56,351 nt of DNA, taken from Coraliomargaritaceae bacterium (GTDB lineage: Bacteria > Verrucomicrobiota > Verrucomicrobiia > Opitutales > Coraliomargaritaceae). The DNA lies in contig CBFHKU010000011.1 of assembly GCA_965656495.1 (NCBI GenBank), positions 2,521-58,871 of the forward strand. Reading direction: 5' to 3'. The translations under genes and the position numbers were made by a program. Shown piece after piece: positions 34,561 to 45,851 of this stretch. The notes under the pieces were generated by a model that made no database searches, was not told the origin of the DNA, and saw only the letters and a program-made list of their open reading frames with translations. Numbering within the stretch: the stretch's first letter is position 1; every line of letters starts with the position of its first letter.

Positions 34561-34800
34561 ATGGCTTCTCCGAAAAATCTAACCGGCCAAATAACGCGCT
34601 TGCGAGACCGCAAGGGCGGCTTTCTTTCGGAGGATTCGGAAACAAGGCAAGCGGAGAGTCATGGCACTGCCCCAGCCCGCAGCCGGCCCCCGAAAGGTCG
34701 AGCTTTAGCCGATGATTATTTTATGTGGTTTAGCTACGCGCTTTTGGCAGCCGCGCTGCTGACACAGCTTGGACTGGTCCTGTGGTTGGATTTGCTCTAG
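34561..34800 (+). CDS. Small hypothetical protein with a single C-terminal TM helix
   Basis: Hydrophilic N-terminus, hydrophobic C-terminal ~25 aa. Fills the gap between atpB and trmB. Confidence 0.55.
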   Translation: MASPKNLTGQITRLRDRKGGFLSEDSETRQAESHGTAPARSRPPKGRALADDYFMWFSYALLAAALLTQLGLVLWLDLL

Positions 34801-34801
34801 G

Positions 34802-35398
34802 CTATCGCCGCCGCGCCACCACTGAGTGATACGAGTCCATCATGCTTTGGAAATAGGTCTCCATTTCGTGAGGCCACTCCCCCGCAGCATCAATCTCCCA
34901 GTCGGGGTGCGCCTCCAATAATTCAATCGTCCAGTCAAAATATGGACGGTCGTCCGAACGAAAACAAAAACAGCCCCCCGCATCGGTGCGTGCCGCCAAC
35001 GCATCGAGCAGCCCGGTTTGAACCATCCGCCTGCGGTGGTGGCGCGCCTTGGGCCAGGGATCCGGGAAGAGGAGCACCGTGAAGTCGAAACGGATCTCCC
35101 GTGGCAGCACTTCCAGAAACTCGCCCAGTTCCGCCTTGAGAAAGTGTAGATTCGGCAAATCCCGCTTGGCGCATTTTTCCTGGCCCTTCCGCACCCGATG
35201 GGCAATCAGGTCAATCCCCAGGCAGGTTTGCTCGGGGTGCGCCTCCGCGTAGGCCGTCAGCCAGTGGCCATGGCCGCAACCCGCTTCAAAAACGATCCGC
35301 TCAACTCCCCCCAGTATTTCGAGGCAATCCTTTTTGAGCGCGGTTTTCCGCGCCGCTTGTTTTGCCAATTCTCTGGCATGACCTTCGCTCAGTTCCAT
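34802..35398 (-). CDS. trmB: tRNA (guanine-N7) methyltransferase
   Basis: [21 protein letters not shown] and RSD motifs. Start at ATG 35398 inferred. Confidence 0.92.
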   Translation of the reverse strand: MELSEGHARELAKQAARKTALKKDCLEILGGVERIVFEAGCGHGHWLTAYAEAHPEQTCLGIDLIAHRVRKGQEKCAKRDLPNLHFLKAELGEFLEVLPREIRFDFTVLLFPDPWPKARHHRRRMVQTGLLDALAARTDAGGCFCFRSDDRPYFDWTIELLEAHPDWEIDAAGEWPHEMETYFQSMMDSYHSVVARRR

Positions 35399-35429
35399 TG
35401 CAACATAAGGGCTAAGTCGCCCCACCGCG

Positions 35430-36728
35430 TCAAGCAAGCGGCGAATCCTCGGTCGTCAAGCGGTAAGGCAAGCTGAAGCGGATGGTGGTTCCCTGCCCGA
35501 GGGTGCTTTCGGCAGCAACCGCGCCCCCGTGCAATTGCACAATGTGCTTCATGATGCTCAGGCCCAGACCGGTCCCCCCGCGTTCGCGCGAACGCCCCTT
35601 ATCCACCCGATAAAAACGTTCAAATATATGCGGCAAATCCTTCTCCGATATTCCCGGGCCATCATCCACCACGCTGCACTCGACAAATTCCTGCTTGGCA
35701 TCCAAACGGGCACGCAAAATCAAACGGGTAAAGTCCGGGGCATACCGAAAGGCATTTTCCACCAGATTATCGACCACTTGATTGATGCGGTACGGGTCAA
35801 AGGCAAAAGCCGAAATTCGGGGATCCACCTCGAGGAGGATCGCCTGCCCCTCGGGCTTGAGCCGGCTCTGGTTGTTTTCAACGGTCTCCTTGAAAAGCGT
35901 CTCAATAGAAGCCTCCACGTAATCAAATTGATCCGGCCGGGACTCGAGCCGTGACAAAGTCAGCAAGTCTTCCACCAGGACGTGCAGACGTTGCGCGTTG
36001 TTCATGATTTTATTGAGAAAGCGCTGCCGGGCATCGGGGGCAAGGGCATCGTCATCCTCCACGAGAGTCTCCGCAAAACCCTTTATAATGGTAAGCGGGG
36101 TGCGCAATTCGTGCGAAACATTGGCAACAAATTCCCTTCGCACCACTTCGAGCCCCTTCAATCGAGTGACATCGTGCAGCACTAACAAAGTCGAAGCGGA
36201 CTCCGTGCCCGACAAGCCGAATACCTGGGTGCAGGATGCTTCAAACCAGAGCAACTCCCCGCGCCACTCCAAGCTGATCTGACTCCGCTTCGTATTTTTA
36301 TTCTCACGGAAGGCATCCAAAAATTCCAAAAGGCTGCTGGACCGAAGAATGGATTCGAGCCGCGTGCCCTTCATTGCGCCTCCATGCGGGAAAAGTCGCT
36401 GCGCCGCTTCATTCGCAAATTCGATGCGCCGGCCCGAATCAAAGATCAAAACCGCCTCTTGAATCGCGCCTAAAGTGGCTTCTACTTGATTGAACTTACC
36501 GGACTTTTTGAGGGCACCGGAACTGTAATTGTCCATGAGCTTATTGCTTGCATGAACCAAGGCCTCCAGGCCCAGCAGCTTAAACCACCAACTGGAGCGG
36601 TCGTAAAGTAAACGCCGCTCCGCACTCATCGATGCCTCCAGATGCTTCACGAGGCGTCGGGTTCCTGAAGCAATCACCAAGAGTGCGATGATCAGACCCG
36701 CACACAAGATTGAGAAAAATAATGCCAT
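35430..36728 (-). CDS. phoR: PhoR-like sensor histidine kinase
   Basis: PAS domain, [28 protein letters not shown] and GGTGLGL motifs. Adjacent to a PhoB-like regulator. Confidence 0.8.
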   Translation of the reverse strand: MALFFSILCAGLIIALLVIASGTRRLVKHLEASMSAERRLLYDRSSWWFKLLGLEALVHASNKLMDNYSSGALKKSGKFNQVEATLGAIQEAVLIFDSGRRIEFANEAAQRLFPHGGAMKGTRLESILRSSSLLEFLDAFRENKNTKRSQISLEWRGELLWFEASCTQVFGLSGTESASTLLVLHDVTRLKGLEVVRREFVANVSHELRTPLTIIKGFAETLVEDDDALAPDARQRFLNKIMNNAQRLHVLVEDLLTLSRLESRPDQFDYVEASIETLFKETVENNQSRLKPEGQAILLEVDPRISAFAFDPYRINQVVDNLVENAFRYAPDFTRLILRARLDAKQEFVECSVVDDGPGISEKDLPHIFERFYRVDKGRSRERGGTGLGLSIMKHIVQLHGGAVAAESTLGQGTTIRFSLPYRLTTEDSPLA

Positions 36729-37433
36729 CTAAATACTAATAGCTCGATAGCCTACCCCTCGCACCGTCTCAATCATATTGGCATAGGGACCCAACTTTTC
36801 CCGAACGCGGCGTACGTGCGTATCGACGGTTCGTGTTTCGATGTCGGTATCATAGTGCCAAACATTGACCAGGAGATTGTCACGGGATTGCACCCGACCC
36901 TTTCGCTCCATCAATAGCTTCAAAAGACGAAACTCGGTTGCAGTCAATACCACCGGTTCGCCATCCACCGTGAGCTGGTGCAGTTCGGAATCGATGATCA
37001 CCCCCCCTATCTCAATCCGGCTCTGCGGCTCCGAGGAAGAAGGAGCGGCCGTGCCCCGATTGAGGATATTCTTAATCCTCAACAATAACTCTTTGGTATT
37101 AAACGGCTTAGAGATATAGTCGTCCGCTCCGGTTTCCAAACCCTTAACCCGGTCCTCCGTTTCACCCCGCGCCGTAAGGAAAATAATGGGAATATGCTTC
37201 ATGGTGGGGTCCGAGCGCACAATGCGGCAGAGTTGCAGACCGCTCAACTCCGGCATCATGATATCGAAAATGAGCAAATCCGGATTAAAATCCCGGGCCC
37301 GCCCCACAAAAAGCAAGGGATCGTTCAACACCTCACAGGAATATCCCTCTTGCTCCAGCTTGTATTTAAGCAATTCCGTAACATCGGGTTCGTCATCAAC
37401 AACCAGGATTCGGTGTGTTCGTAGAGCATTCAT
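36729..37433 (-). CDS. phoB: PhoB/OmpR-family response regulator
   Basis: VVDDE, DIMMP, GADDYISKPF and RTVDTHVRRVREKL motifs. Confidence 0.8.
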   Translation of the reverse strand: MNALRTHRILVVDDEPDVTELLKYKLEQEGYSCEVLNDPLLFVGRARDFNPDLLIFDIMMPELSGLQLCRIVRSDPTMKHIPIIFLTARGETEDRVKGLETGADDYISKPFNTKELLLRIKNILNRGTAAPSSSEPQSRIEIGGVIIDSELHQLTVDGEPVVLTATEFRLLKLLMERKGRVQSRDNLLVNVWHYDTDIETRTVDTHVRRVREKLGPYANMIETVRGVGYRAISI

Positions 37434-37627
37434 AGTGTTCAGTTGGAATCTAGTATCAAATTTTCATTCTTTGCCAGCAGAAAGCCAAGTACCCCGCATT
37501 GCATCTCCTGCGAATTGCAGTTGCAAGTTTTTTTGCATCAACGACTTACTGTGTTACAATCGGCAGACTTCAAAATTAACACGGGTGACACCCAAGCGTA
37601 ACGCCGTTGACACCTTTCGCAATGAAT

Positions 37628-39492
<1,865 letters not shown>

Positions 39493-39496
<4 letters not shown>

Positions 39497-40854
39497 TTTC
39501 CAATACAAAAATCTTTAAAGAGGCGATCCAGCATGCGCTCATTGTCAACTCGACCGACCACATCGCCGAGAGCATCGACTGCCTGCCGCAAATCCGCCGC
39601 GATCAATTCCGACAGTTCTGCATCCTTCATTTTCTGCAATGCGCCCTCCAGCGCCTGCACCGCAATTGTCAGTGCTGCGGCATGACGGGCGTTCAGGACC
39701 AATCCATCCACCGCCTGTAGGGGAGCGGTTTGCGCATCCAGCGCCGCCACCCATGCCGTTTTTAACTCCGGCAAGCCCGTTCCATGTTTTGCCGCAATGC
39801 GACAATGTTTTAAATCAAGCCGGAAGGAGGTACAATCCCGACTTTCCGGCAGATCTGTTTTATTTTCCAAGACCAGGGTATTTTCCGGTATTAATTTTGC
39901 GAGCAAATCCGGGGGCAGGGCAGGGGAGGGCGCGGTTGTATCAAGGACCAACAAGAAGAAATCCGCAGTCTCAGCCTGTTCCATAGTCCGTTCTATACCA
40001 ATGCTTTCCAAATCTTCCGCGCCCGTATGGAGTCCTGCTGTATCCAAAATTTCGATACGCCACGTGCCCACCATTATGAAAGCCGATAAATAATCGCGGG
40101 TCGTGCCGGGTCGGTCACTCACTATGGCCCGATCGGTACCGACAAGGGCATTGATCAAACTACTTTTCCCAACATTGGGCTCACCCACGATGAGAGTTTT
40201 AACGCCTTCATGCAGGAGGGCGGCGTATTGCCGTGTTTCTATCAAAGCCTCCAATTCCTGTATCAGGTCTTTCAGGTCGAGGGCGGGCCCGGCCTCGTCT
40301 TCGGGAGGTAAATCCTCTTCCGGAAAGTCAATATAGGCTTCCAAATGCGCCATGATCTGAAGCAGCTGGTCGGTGAGGGCACTCATTTTACGCCCGACCG
40401 ACCCGTGCAGTTGGCGACGCGCAAGCTCGAGGCTGCGCTCTGATCGCGCGTGAATTAAATCTGCAACCGCCTCAGCTTGAGTAAGATCCATACGCCCGTT
40501 CAAGAATGCAGTGCGGGTAAATTCGCCCGGATCAGCGGCGCGGCAGCCGCGAGCGAGGAGATCTTCGAGGATCAGCTGTATGATAAGGGGGTTTCCATGC
40601 GGGGCGATCTCGAGCATCGCAGCACCGGTAAAAGAATGGCCCTCCGCGAAGTAAGTCATCAGACAGCTATCAACGGTTTCGCCATTTTGTTTGTGATACT
40701 GCCCATAATAGGCACGTCTGGGCTCAAGCGAATCATTCCTGCCCAGTAGGGCGGGGCCCAGTTCCACGCAATCCGGCCCGCTCAGGCGAATCAAGGCTAC
40801 CGCCGATTCGCCTGCAGGTGTAGAAAGCGCAACAATCGTGTCAGTGGCAGGCAT
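39493..40854 (-). CDS. mnmE: tRNA modification GTPase (TrmE)
   Basis: [23 protein letters not shown] and C-terminal FCIGK motifs. Confidence 0.96.
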
Positions 40855-40938
40855 GGCAAACTGCAACCATCCCCGAAAGGTGGCGCAGGTCAAGCCTCCA
40901 GCGAAGGACCGGTGGGGCAGGGGAGCGCTCCAAGAATT

Positions 40939-42021
40939 TTAGGCTTCTTCGATCTCGGGAGAGGGCTCTTTGTCACCAGTCAGGGACTCTCCGCCCTTCG
41001 GCTGCACCTTCTCCATAATCAACTGGGTCAATTCATCGGCGACCTCGGGATTATCGATCAAATGCTGCTTGGCGGCTTCGCGGCCCTGACCGACCATTTC
41101 ACCCTTGTAGGCGATCCATGACCCCTTCTTCTCCAACAACTTATGTTCGACGCCGAGGTCAATCAAGGAGCCCGAGTGCGAGATCCCCTCGTTGTACATA
41201 ATGTCGAATTCGCAGTCGGTGAAGGGTGGGGCGACCTTGTTTTTAACGACCTTCAGGCGAGTGCGATTCCCTACGACCTTGCCGGACGATTCCTTTATCT
41301 GGCCGATTCGGCGAATATCCATGCGCACGGAGGAGAAGAATTTAAGCGCCCGCCCGCCGGGCTGGGTTTCAGGGCTCCCGAACATGACTCCAATCTTTTC
41401 ACGTATTTGGTTGGTAAAGAGCACCACACAATTGGATTTGTTGATCGCACCGGCAAGTCGGCGCATCGCCTGGCTCATCATGCGAGCCTGAAGCCCGACG
41501 GTGGTGTCGCCCATTTGTCCATCCAGCTCGTTTTTTGAGACGAGGGCGGCGACGGAGTCGACCACGATGATATCTACTGCGCCGGAGCGAATGAGGGTTT
41601 CGGTGATATTGAGGGCGTCTTCCCCGCTTTCGGGCTGCGAAACCATGAGGTTTTCGAGATCGACTCCCACGACCTTGGCGTAGCGCGGGTCGAGCGCGTG
41701 CTCGACGTCGATAAAGACAGCATTACCCCCGAGTTTTTGGGCCTGAGCAATGGCGCTGAGACAGAAGGTGGTCTTACCGGAACTTTCGGGGCCGTAGATT
41801 TCACAGATGCGCCCCCGGGGCAGGCCGCCAATGCCGAGGGTGAGGTCGATCGCAATGGAGCCGGTCGAAATGACGTCGACTTTCATTTGGACGGCTTCGC
41901 CGAGGCGCATCAAAGCGCCGGGGCCGAATTGTTTGTTGATGCCCGAAATCGCAAGGTCGAGGTTCTTGCGGTCTTTTTCGGGGGTACGTTCAGTTTTCTT
42001 GATTTGTGTTTTAGCGGGCAT
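40939..42021 (-). CDS. recA: Recombinase A
   Basis: [15 protein letters not shown] and ARMMSQAMR motifs. Confidence 0.98.
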   Translation of the reverse strand: MPAKTQIKKTERTPEKDRKNLDLAISGINKQFGPGALMRLGEAVQMKVDVISTGSIAIDLTLGIGGLPRGRICEIYGPESSGKTTFCLSAIAQAQKLGGNAVFIDVEHALDPRYAKVVGVDLENLMVSQPESGEDALNITETLIRSGAVDIIVVDSVAALVSKNELDGQMGDTTVGLQARMMSQAMRRLAGAINKSNCVVLFTNQIREKIGVMFGSPETQPGGRALKFFSSVRMDIRRIGQIKESSGKVVGNRTRLKVVKNKVAPPFTDCEFDIMYNEGISHSGSLIDLGVEHKLLEKKGSWIAYKGEMVGQGREAAKQHLIDNPEVADELTQLIMEKVQPKGGESLTGDKEPSPEIEEA

Positions 42022-42081
42022 GCTTCAATAATTTGGGATTAAAAATTTAAATTGCAACGAAGCTTGTAAAAGGAAATCGCA

Positions 42082-42615
42082 ATGGCAAGCACAAATGATA
42101 ATTTGTTCACTAGTTTTTCTGGTTCAGGGCAGGTCCTGCGCTTTCCTCATAAAATAAGTGAATCCGGCGGGCATATCTGCGTGAAATTCAACTGTGGGCG
42201 CCTTCAAGGCCTGAGCCTTGAGCCCTCTTTTTCAGGCATCGCGCCGGAAAATGAAAGTCGGATAGCGGCATGGTTTGAATGGTTGAGTTTATTTGAAGCG
42301 GCAAAACCATCGGAACAATGGGAGCTCCTTGCGCCGGAGGGGACCGCTTTCCAGTGCGCGGTTTGGCGCAGTTTGCTCGAAGTGGGGTGGGGGAAGCGCA
42401 TCTCGTATGGGGCGCTTGCAGGAATGCTGGGGCGCCCGCAGGCGGTTCGAGCGGTGGCCTCCGCGGTCGCCGCCAACCCCATCGCCCTTCTAATCCCTTG
42501 CCACCGGATTGTGCGGGCCGACGGTCAAGCCGGGGGCTATCGCTGGGGCAGGGGACTGAAGGAGACTTTGCTTGAATTGGAAGCGGGCTGCGGTACTTGG
42601 GGCGAGCTGCTCTGA
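42082..42615 (+). CDS. ogt: Methylated-DNA-protein-cysteine methyltransferase
   Basis: GTAFQ..VW, RAVASA..ANP and IPCHRIV motifs. Start uncertain. Confidence 0.85.
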   Translation: MASTNDNLFTSFSGSGQVLRFPHKISESGGHICVKFNCGRLQGLSLEPSFSGIAPENESRIAAWFEWLSLFEAAKPSEQWELLAPEGTAFQCAVWRSLLEVGWGKRISYGALAGMLGRPQAVRAVASAVAANPIALLIPCHRIVRADGQAGGYRWGRGLKETLLELEAGCGTWGELL

Positions 42616-42670
42616 CAAGATTCGAACACTTAGGCTTGCGACACGCGTCCACTGAGGACTTCTTAAGCAA

Positions 42671-43339
42671 ATGGACAAGCGCTACCAACATATCATCTGG
42701 GACTGGAATGGCACCCTCCTGAATGACACCTGGCTTTGCGTGGAGGTCTTGAATGCGCTCTTGGCGGAGCGGGGCCGTGCCGCAATCGGGCCGGATGAAT
42801 ACCGAAAACAATTCGGTTTCCCGGTCATTCATTTCTACGATTACCTTGGTTTTGATGTGGATGTAGACAGTTTTGAGAGCGTGAGCCGGGCGTTTATCGA
42901 TGCCTACGAATCGCGCTGGCTGGAGGAATGTAGTCTACACCCCGACGCGGACGCGGTTTTGCAAGCGCTCAGCGCGGGCGGCCTGAGTCATTCGATCCTC
43001 TCGGCTGCCGAGCAATGCACCCTGGAGCGTGGTGTTGCGCATTACGGAATCGGTTCCCACTTCAAGGGCGTCATCGGGACTGACAATATTCATGCCCTCG
43101 GCAAGGTCGAGCGGGGGCGCGCCTGGATGGCTCAACTTGAATGGCCCCCGGAAGCGGTTGTTTTGGTCGGGGACACCCTGCATGACCTCGAGGTCGCAGA
43201 GGCGATTGGTTGTGACTGTGTATTGATGACGCACGGGCATCATTGCCCTACGCGACTCGGCGATAGCGGGGCTCCGCTGGCTCATTCCCTCCGCGAATTG
43301 GTTGATTCTCTGACGCCCAAGACAACGGTGGCGGAGTAG
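42671..43339 (+). CDS. HAD-family phosphatase (phosphoglycolate phosphatase-like)
   Basis: WDWNGTL, ILSA and VGDTLHD motifs. Confidence 0.85.
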   Translation: MDKRYQHIIWDWNGTLLNDTWLCVEVLNALLAERGRAAIGPDEYRKQFGFPVIHFYDYLGFDVDVDSFESVSRAFIDAYESRWLEECSLHPDADAVLQALSAGGLSHSILSAAEQCTLERGVAHYGIGSHFKGVIGTDNIHALGKVERGRAWMAQLEWPPEAVVLVGDTLHDLEVAEAIGCDCVLMTHGHHCPTRLGDSGAPLAHSLRELVDSLTPKTTVAE

Positions 43340-43342
43340 GGA

Positions 43343-43750
43343 TTAAACGGTCCAGCGGCCACTTGGAAGGAGTTGCGCTTCGCAAGCCGCGAGCACATGT
43401 GGGTTTACCTCGTATGCCCATACCTGCCCCAGCGGCGCGCCCTCCAAAGAAAAACAGGGGACTTTGCGCCTGTCGTATTCGTTGATGTCGCGGGAACGAT
43501 CTTTGACAAAGCCCTCCAATTCATCGACTGCGGCAAAATCCGCCGCCTGAATGAATTCGTGCACACAGCCCTCGATCCAGCCCCGTTCATTGAAAACTGC
43601 TCCCGGATAACCACAGCCCAAATCGTAGAGCTGTCCACGGATGCGGGCCGGGGTGGTGCGCTGCACTTTGCCCTCACAAAATCGCTCCCAATAGCAGCCG
43701 CCGGGCTTGAGCGTGCCATAGACAAAGACCGATAATTCCGTAAAGGCCAT
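43343..43750 (-). CDS. Gamma-glutamylcyclotransferase (AIG2-like) family protein
   Basis: VFVYGTLKPG, GYPG and DELEG motifs. Start at MAFTEL. Confidence 0.85.
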   Translation of the reverse strand: MAFTELSVFVYGTLKPGGCYWERFCEGKVQRTTPARIRGQLYDLGCGYPGAVFNERGWIEGCVHEFIQAADFAAVDELEGFVKDRSRDINEYDRRKVPCFSLEGAPLGQVWAYEVNPHVLAACEAQLLPSGRWTV

Positions 43751-43814
43751 GCGGGAAAAAGCTCCGCCTTTACAGGGTTTGTCAAAGCAAAAAGACCCGC
43801 GCCCGCGGTCCGCT

Positions 43815-44342
43815 TCAACGCCTGAGGGTCGGCTCGTCCTTTTTCCAGTTGCAGGGGCACAGCTCCTCTGACTGCAGGGCATCCAAAACCCGCAGGATTT
43901 CCCCAACGCTCCGGCCCACTTCCAAATTGTAGCAGCCTGCGTATTGCACCACGCCTTCGGGATCGACGATGTAGGTCGCGCGCTGGCAGATATTTTCCTG
44001 CGGGTCGAGGATTCCGAGGGTTAGCGCGAGTTGGCCTGCGGCGATCAAGGGGAAGTCAATTTCCCGCAAATCCTCATGCGCCTGTCGCCAGGCAAGATGG
44101 CAATATTCATTGTCGGTACTCCCGCCGATCACGACCGCGTCGCGCTCAGTAAATTCCGGAAGTGCAGCGTTGAAGGCCGCAATCTCGGTGGGGCACAGGA
44201 AGGTGAAGTCTTTTGGATAAAAGAAATAGACCTGCCACTTCCCTTGAAAATCGTCGGCGGAAAGGGTGGTTATATCATTCTCGCTCAATCCATTGCAGGC
44301 TTGGGCTTTGAATTTGGGAAATGGTTCTCCTACGCTGAGCAT
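43815..44342 (-). CDS. ahpC: 2-Cys peroxiredoxin (AhpC)
   Basis: FYPKDFTFLCPTE and ELCPCNW motifs. Confidence 0.92.
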   Translation of the reverse strand: MLSVGEPFPKFKAQACNGLSENDITTLSADDFQGKWQVYFFYPKDFTFLCPTEIAAFNAALPEFTERDAVVIGGSTDNEYCHLAWRQAHEDLREIDFPLIAAGQLALTLGILDPQENICQRATYIVDPEGVVQYAGCYNLEVGRSVGEILRVLDALQSEELCPCNWKKDEPTLRR

Positions 44343-44370
44343 ACGCAACGGATGGTGTTCGCAATTAATT

Positions 44371-44385
44371 TTTTAATTATTATAA
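44371..44385. promoter_or_regulatory. PerR-box-like site upstream of ahpC
   Basis: TTTTAATTATTATAA has a single mismatch to the Bacillus Per box TTATAATNATTATAA. Confidence 0.5.
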
Positions 44386-44489
44386 AATAACCGCATTTTT
44401 TACTGGGGTTTGCAATGAATAAGTTAAGTGGTTTTTGATCTGAATTCTGCGTTTACAAATAGCCCGCCGAAAAACAATCTAGCGCGTTC

Positions 44490-45851
44490 ATGAACCGGGT
44501 ATACATCAAGACCTATGGCTGCCAAATGAATGAGCGCGATTCGGAGGCGGTTGCCGCCATGCTGCGGGGCAAGGGCTATACCATGGTCGCAGATGAAGCT
44601 GAGGCCGACGTCATTCTGCTCAACACTTGCAGCGTCCGTGAACAGGCGGAGCAAAAAGCGATTGGCAAGGCGGGTCATTTGACCGCCCGCAAGAAACGCA
44701 ACCCGAATCTCCTGGTAGGGGTTATGGGCTGTATGGCACAAAACCGGGGCCGTGACCTGCTCGACCGCTTGCCGGACCTCGACCTCGTGGTGGGCACCCA
44801 GAAATTTCACCGCGTTCCCGATCATTTGAGCAATATGATTGCAAGCCTCCAGGGGGAGGGGCCACGCCCGCAGAGCATTGTGGATCTCGAGGAAGAAGAC
44901 GGATCGCAAAATACGATTCGCTCCCACGTGGAGGGCGAGCAGGTGACCGCCTTCGTGAGCATCATGCAGGGCTGCAACATGAAGTGTTCGTATTGCATTG
45001 TTCCGAAAACCCGGGGGGCGGAACGCGCCCGCCCCATGGAAGCGATTGTCGAGGAGGTTGCCGAACTCGCCGCAAAGGGTACGCGCGAGATAACCCTACT
45101 CGGGCAAATCGTAAACCAATACGGCATCCGGGAGTTTCCCTTTGTCGATAAAAAGAGCCCCTTTGTGCAACTCCTTGAGAAAGTCCACGCCGTTGAGGGC
45201 ATCGAGCGCATCCGCTTTACCAGTCCACACCCGGTCGGGTTTAAGGACGATCTCATCGAGTGCTACGGACGCCTCCCAAAATTGTGTGAATACCTGCACT
45301 TCCCCATGCAAAGCGGGAGCAATACCATCCTGAAGGCGATGCGCCGCCCCTATACGATTGAAAAATTCTGTGAGATCATCGGAAAACTGCGCGCCCTGCG
45401 CCCGGACATCTATATTTCTACCGACGTGATCGTCGGGTTTCCCGGCGAAACCGATGCGGATTTCGAATTGACCCGCCAGATCTTTGAAACGCTCCGCTTC
45501 GATATGGCTTATCTCTTCAAATACAGCGTGCGCCCCGGAACCACCGCAGAACCGCTCGGCGACCCCGTTCCCACCTCCGTCAAGGAATCGCGCAATCAAA
45601 TCCTCCTCGATATCCTCGCCCGGCATTCGCTGGAACGCAATGAATCTTTGGTCGGCACGGTCGAAGAAGTGCTCTTTGAAGGCCCCGCGAAGAAAGGCGA
45701 GTCCATGTTCATGGGCCGCACACGCGGACACCGTAAGGTCATCGTCAAGGCCAGCCCGCGCCTGGTGGGTCAACTCCTTCCGGTCCGCATCGATCGCGCC
45801 ACCAACAGCACTCTCTTCGGGGAACTGGAACTCGCGGGCCTCTCCGCCTAA
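44490..45851 (+). CDS. miaB: tRNA-2-methylthio-N6-dimethylallyladenosine synthase
   Basis: TYGCQMN, NTCSVRE, GCMAQ, CNMKCSYC radical SAM motif, TRAM domain. Confidence 0.96.
   Translation: MNRVYIKTYGCQMNERDSEAVAAMLRGKGYTMVADEAEADVILLNTCSVREQAEQKAIGKAGHLTARKKRNPNLLVGVMGCMAQNRGRDLLDRLPDLDLVVGTQKFHRVPDHLSNMIASLQGEGPRPQSIVDLEEEDGSQNTIRSHVEGEQVTAFVSIMQGCNMKCSYCIVPKTRGAERARPMEAIVEEVAELAAKGTREITLLGQIVNQYGIREFPFVDKKSPFVQLLEKVHAVEGIERIRFTSPHPVGFKDDLIECYGRLPKLCEYLHFPMQSGSNTILKAMRRPYTIEKFCEIIGKLRALRPDIYISTDVIVGFPGETDADFELTRQIFETLRFDMAYLFKYSVRPGTTAEPLGDPVPTSVKESRNQILLDILARHSLERNESLVGTVEEVLFEGPAKKGESMFMGRTRGHRKVIVKASPRLVGQLLPVRIDRATNSTLFGELELAGLSA

Noticed and set aside
42094..42125. Verrucomicrobial LexA box (TGTTC-N4-GAACA) upstream of recA
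   Set aside because: Only one half-site (TGTTC) is present. A 2-mismatch version at about 923-936 is also too weak in AT-rich DNA.
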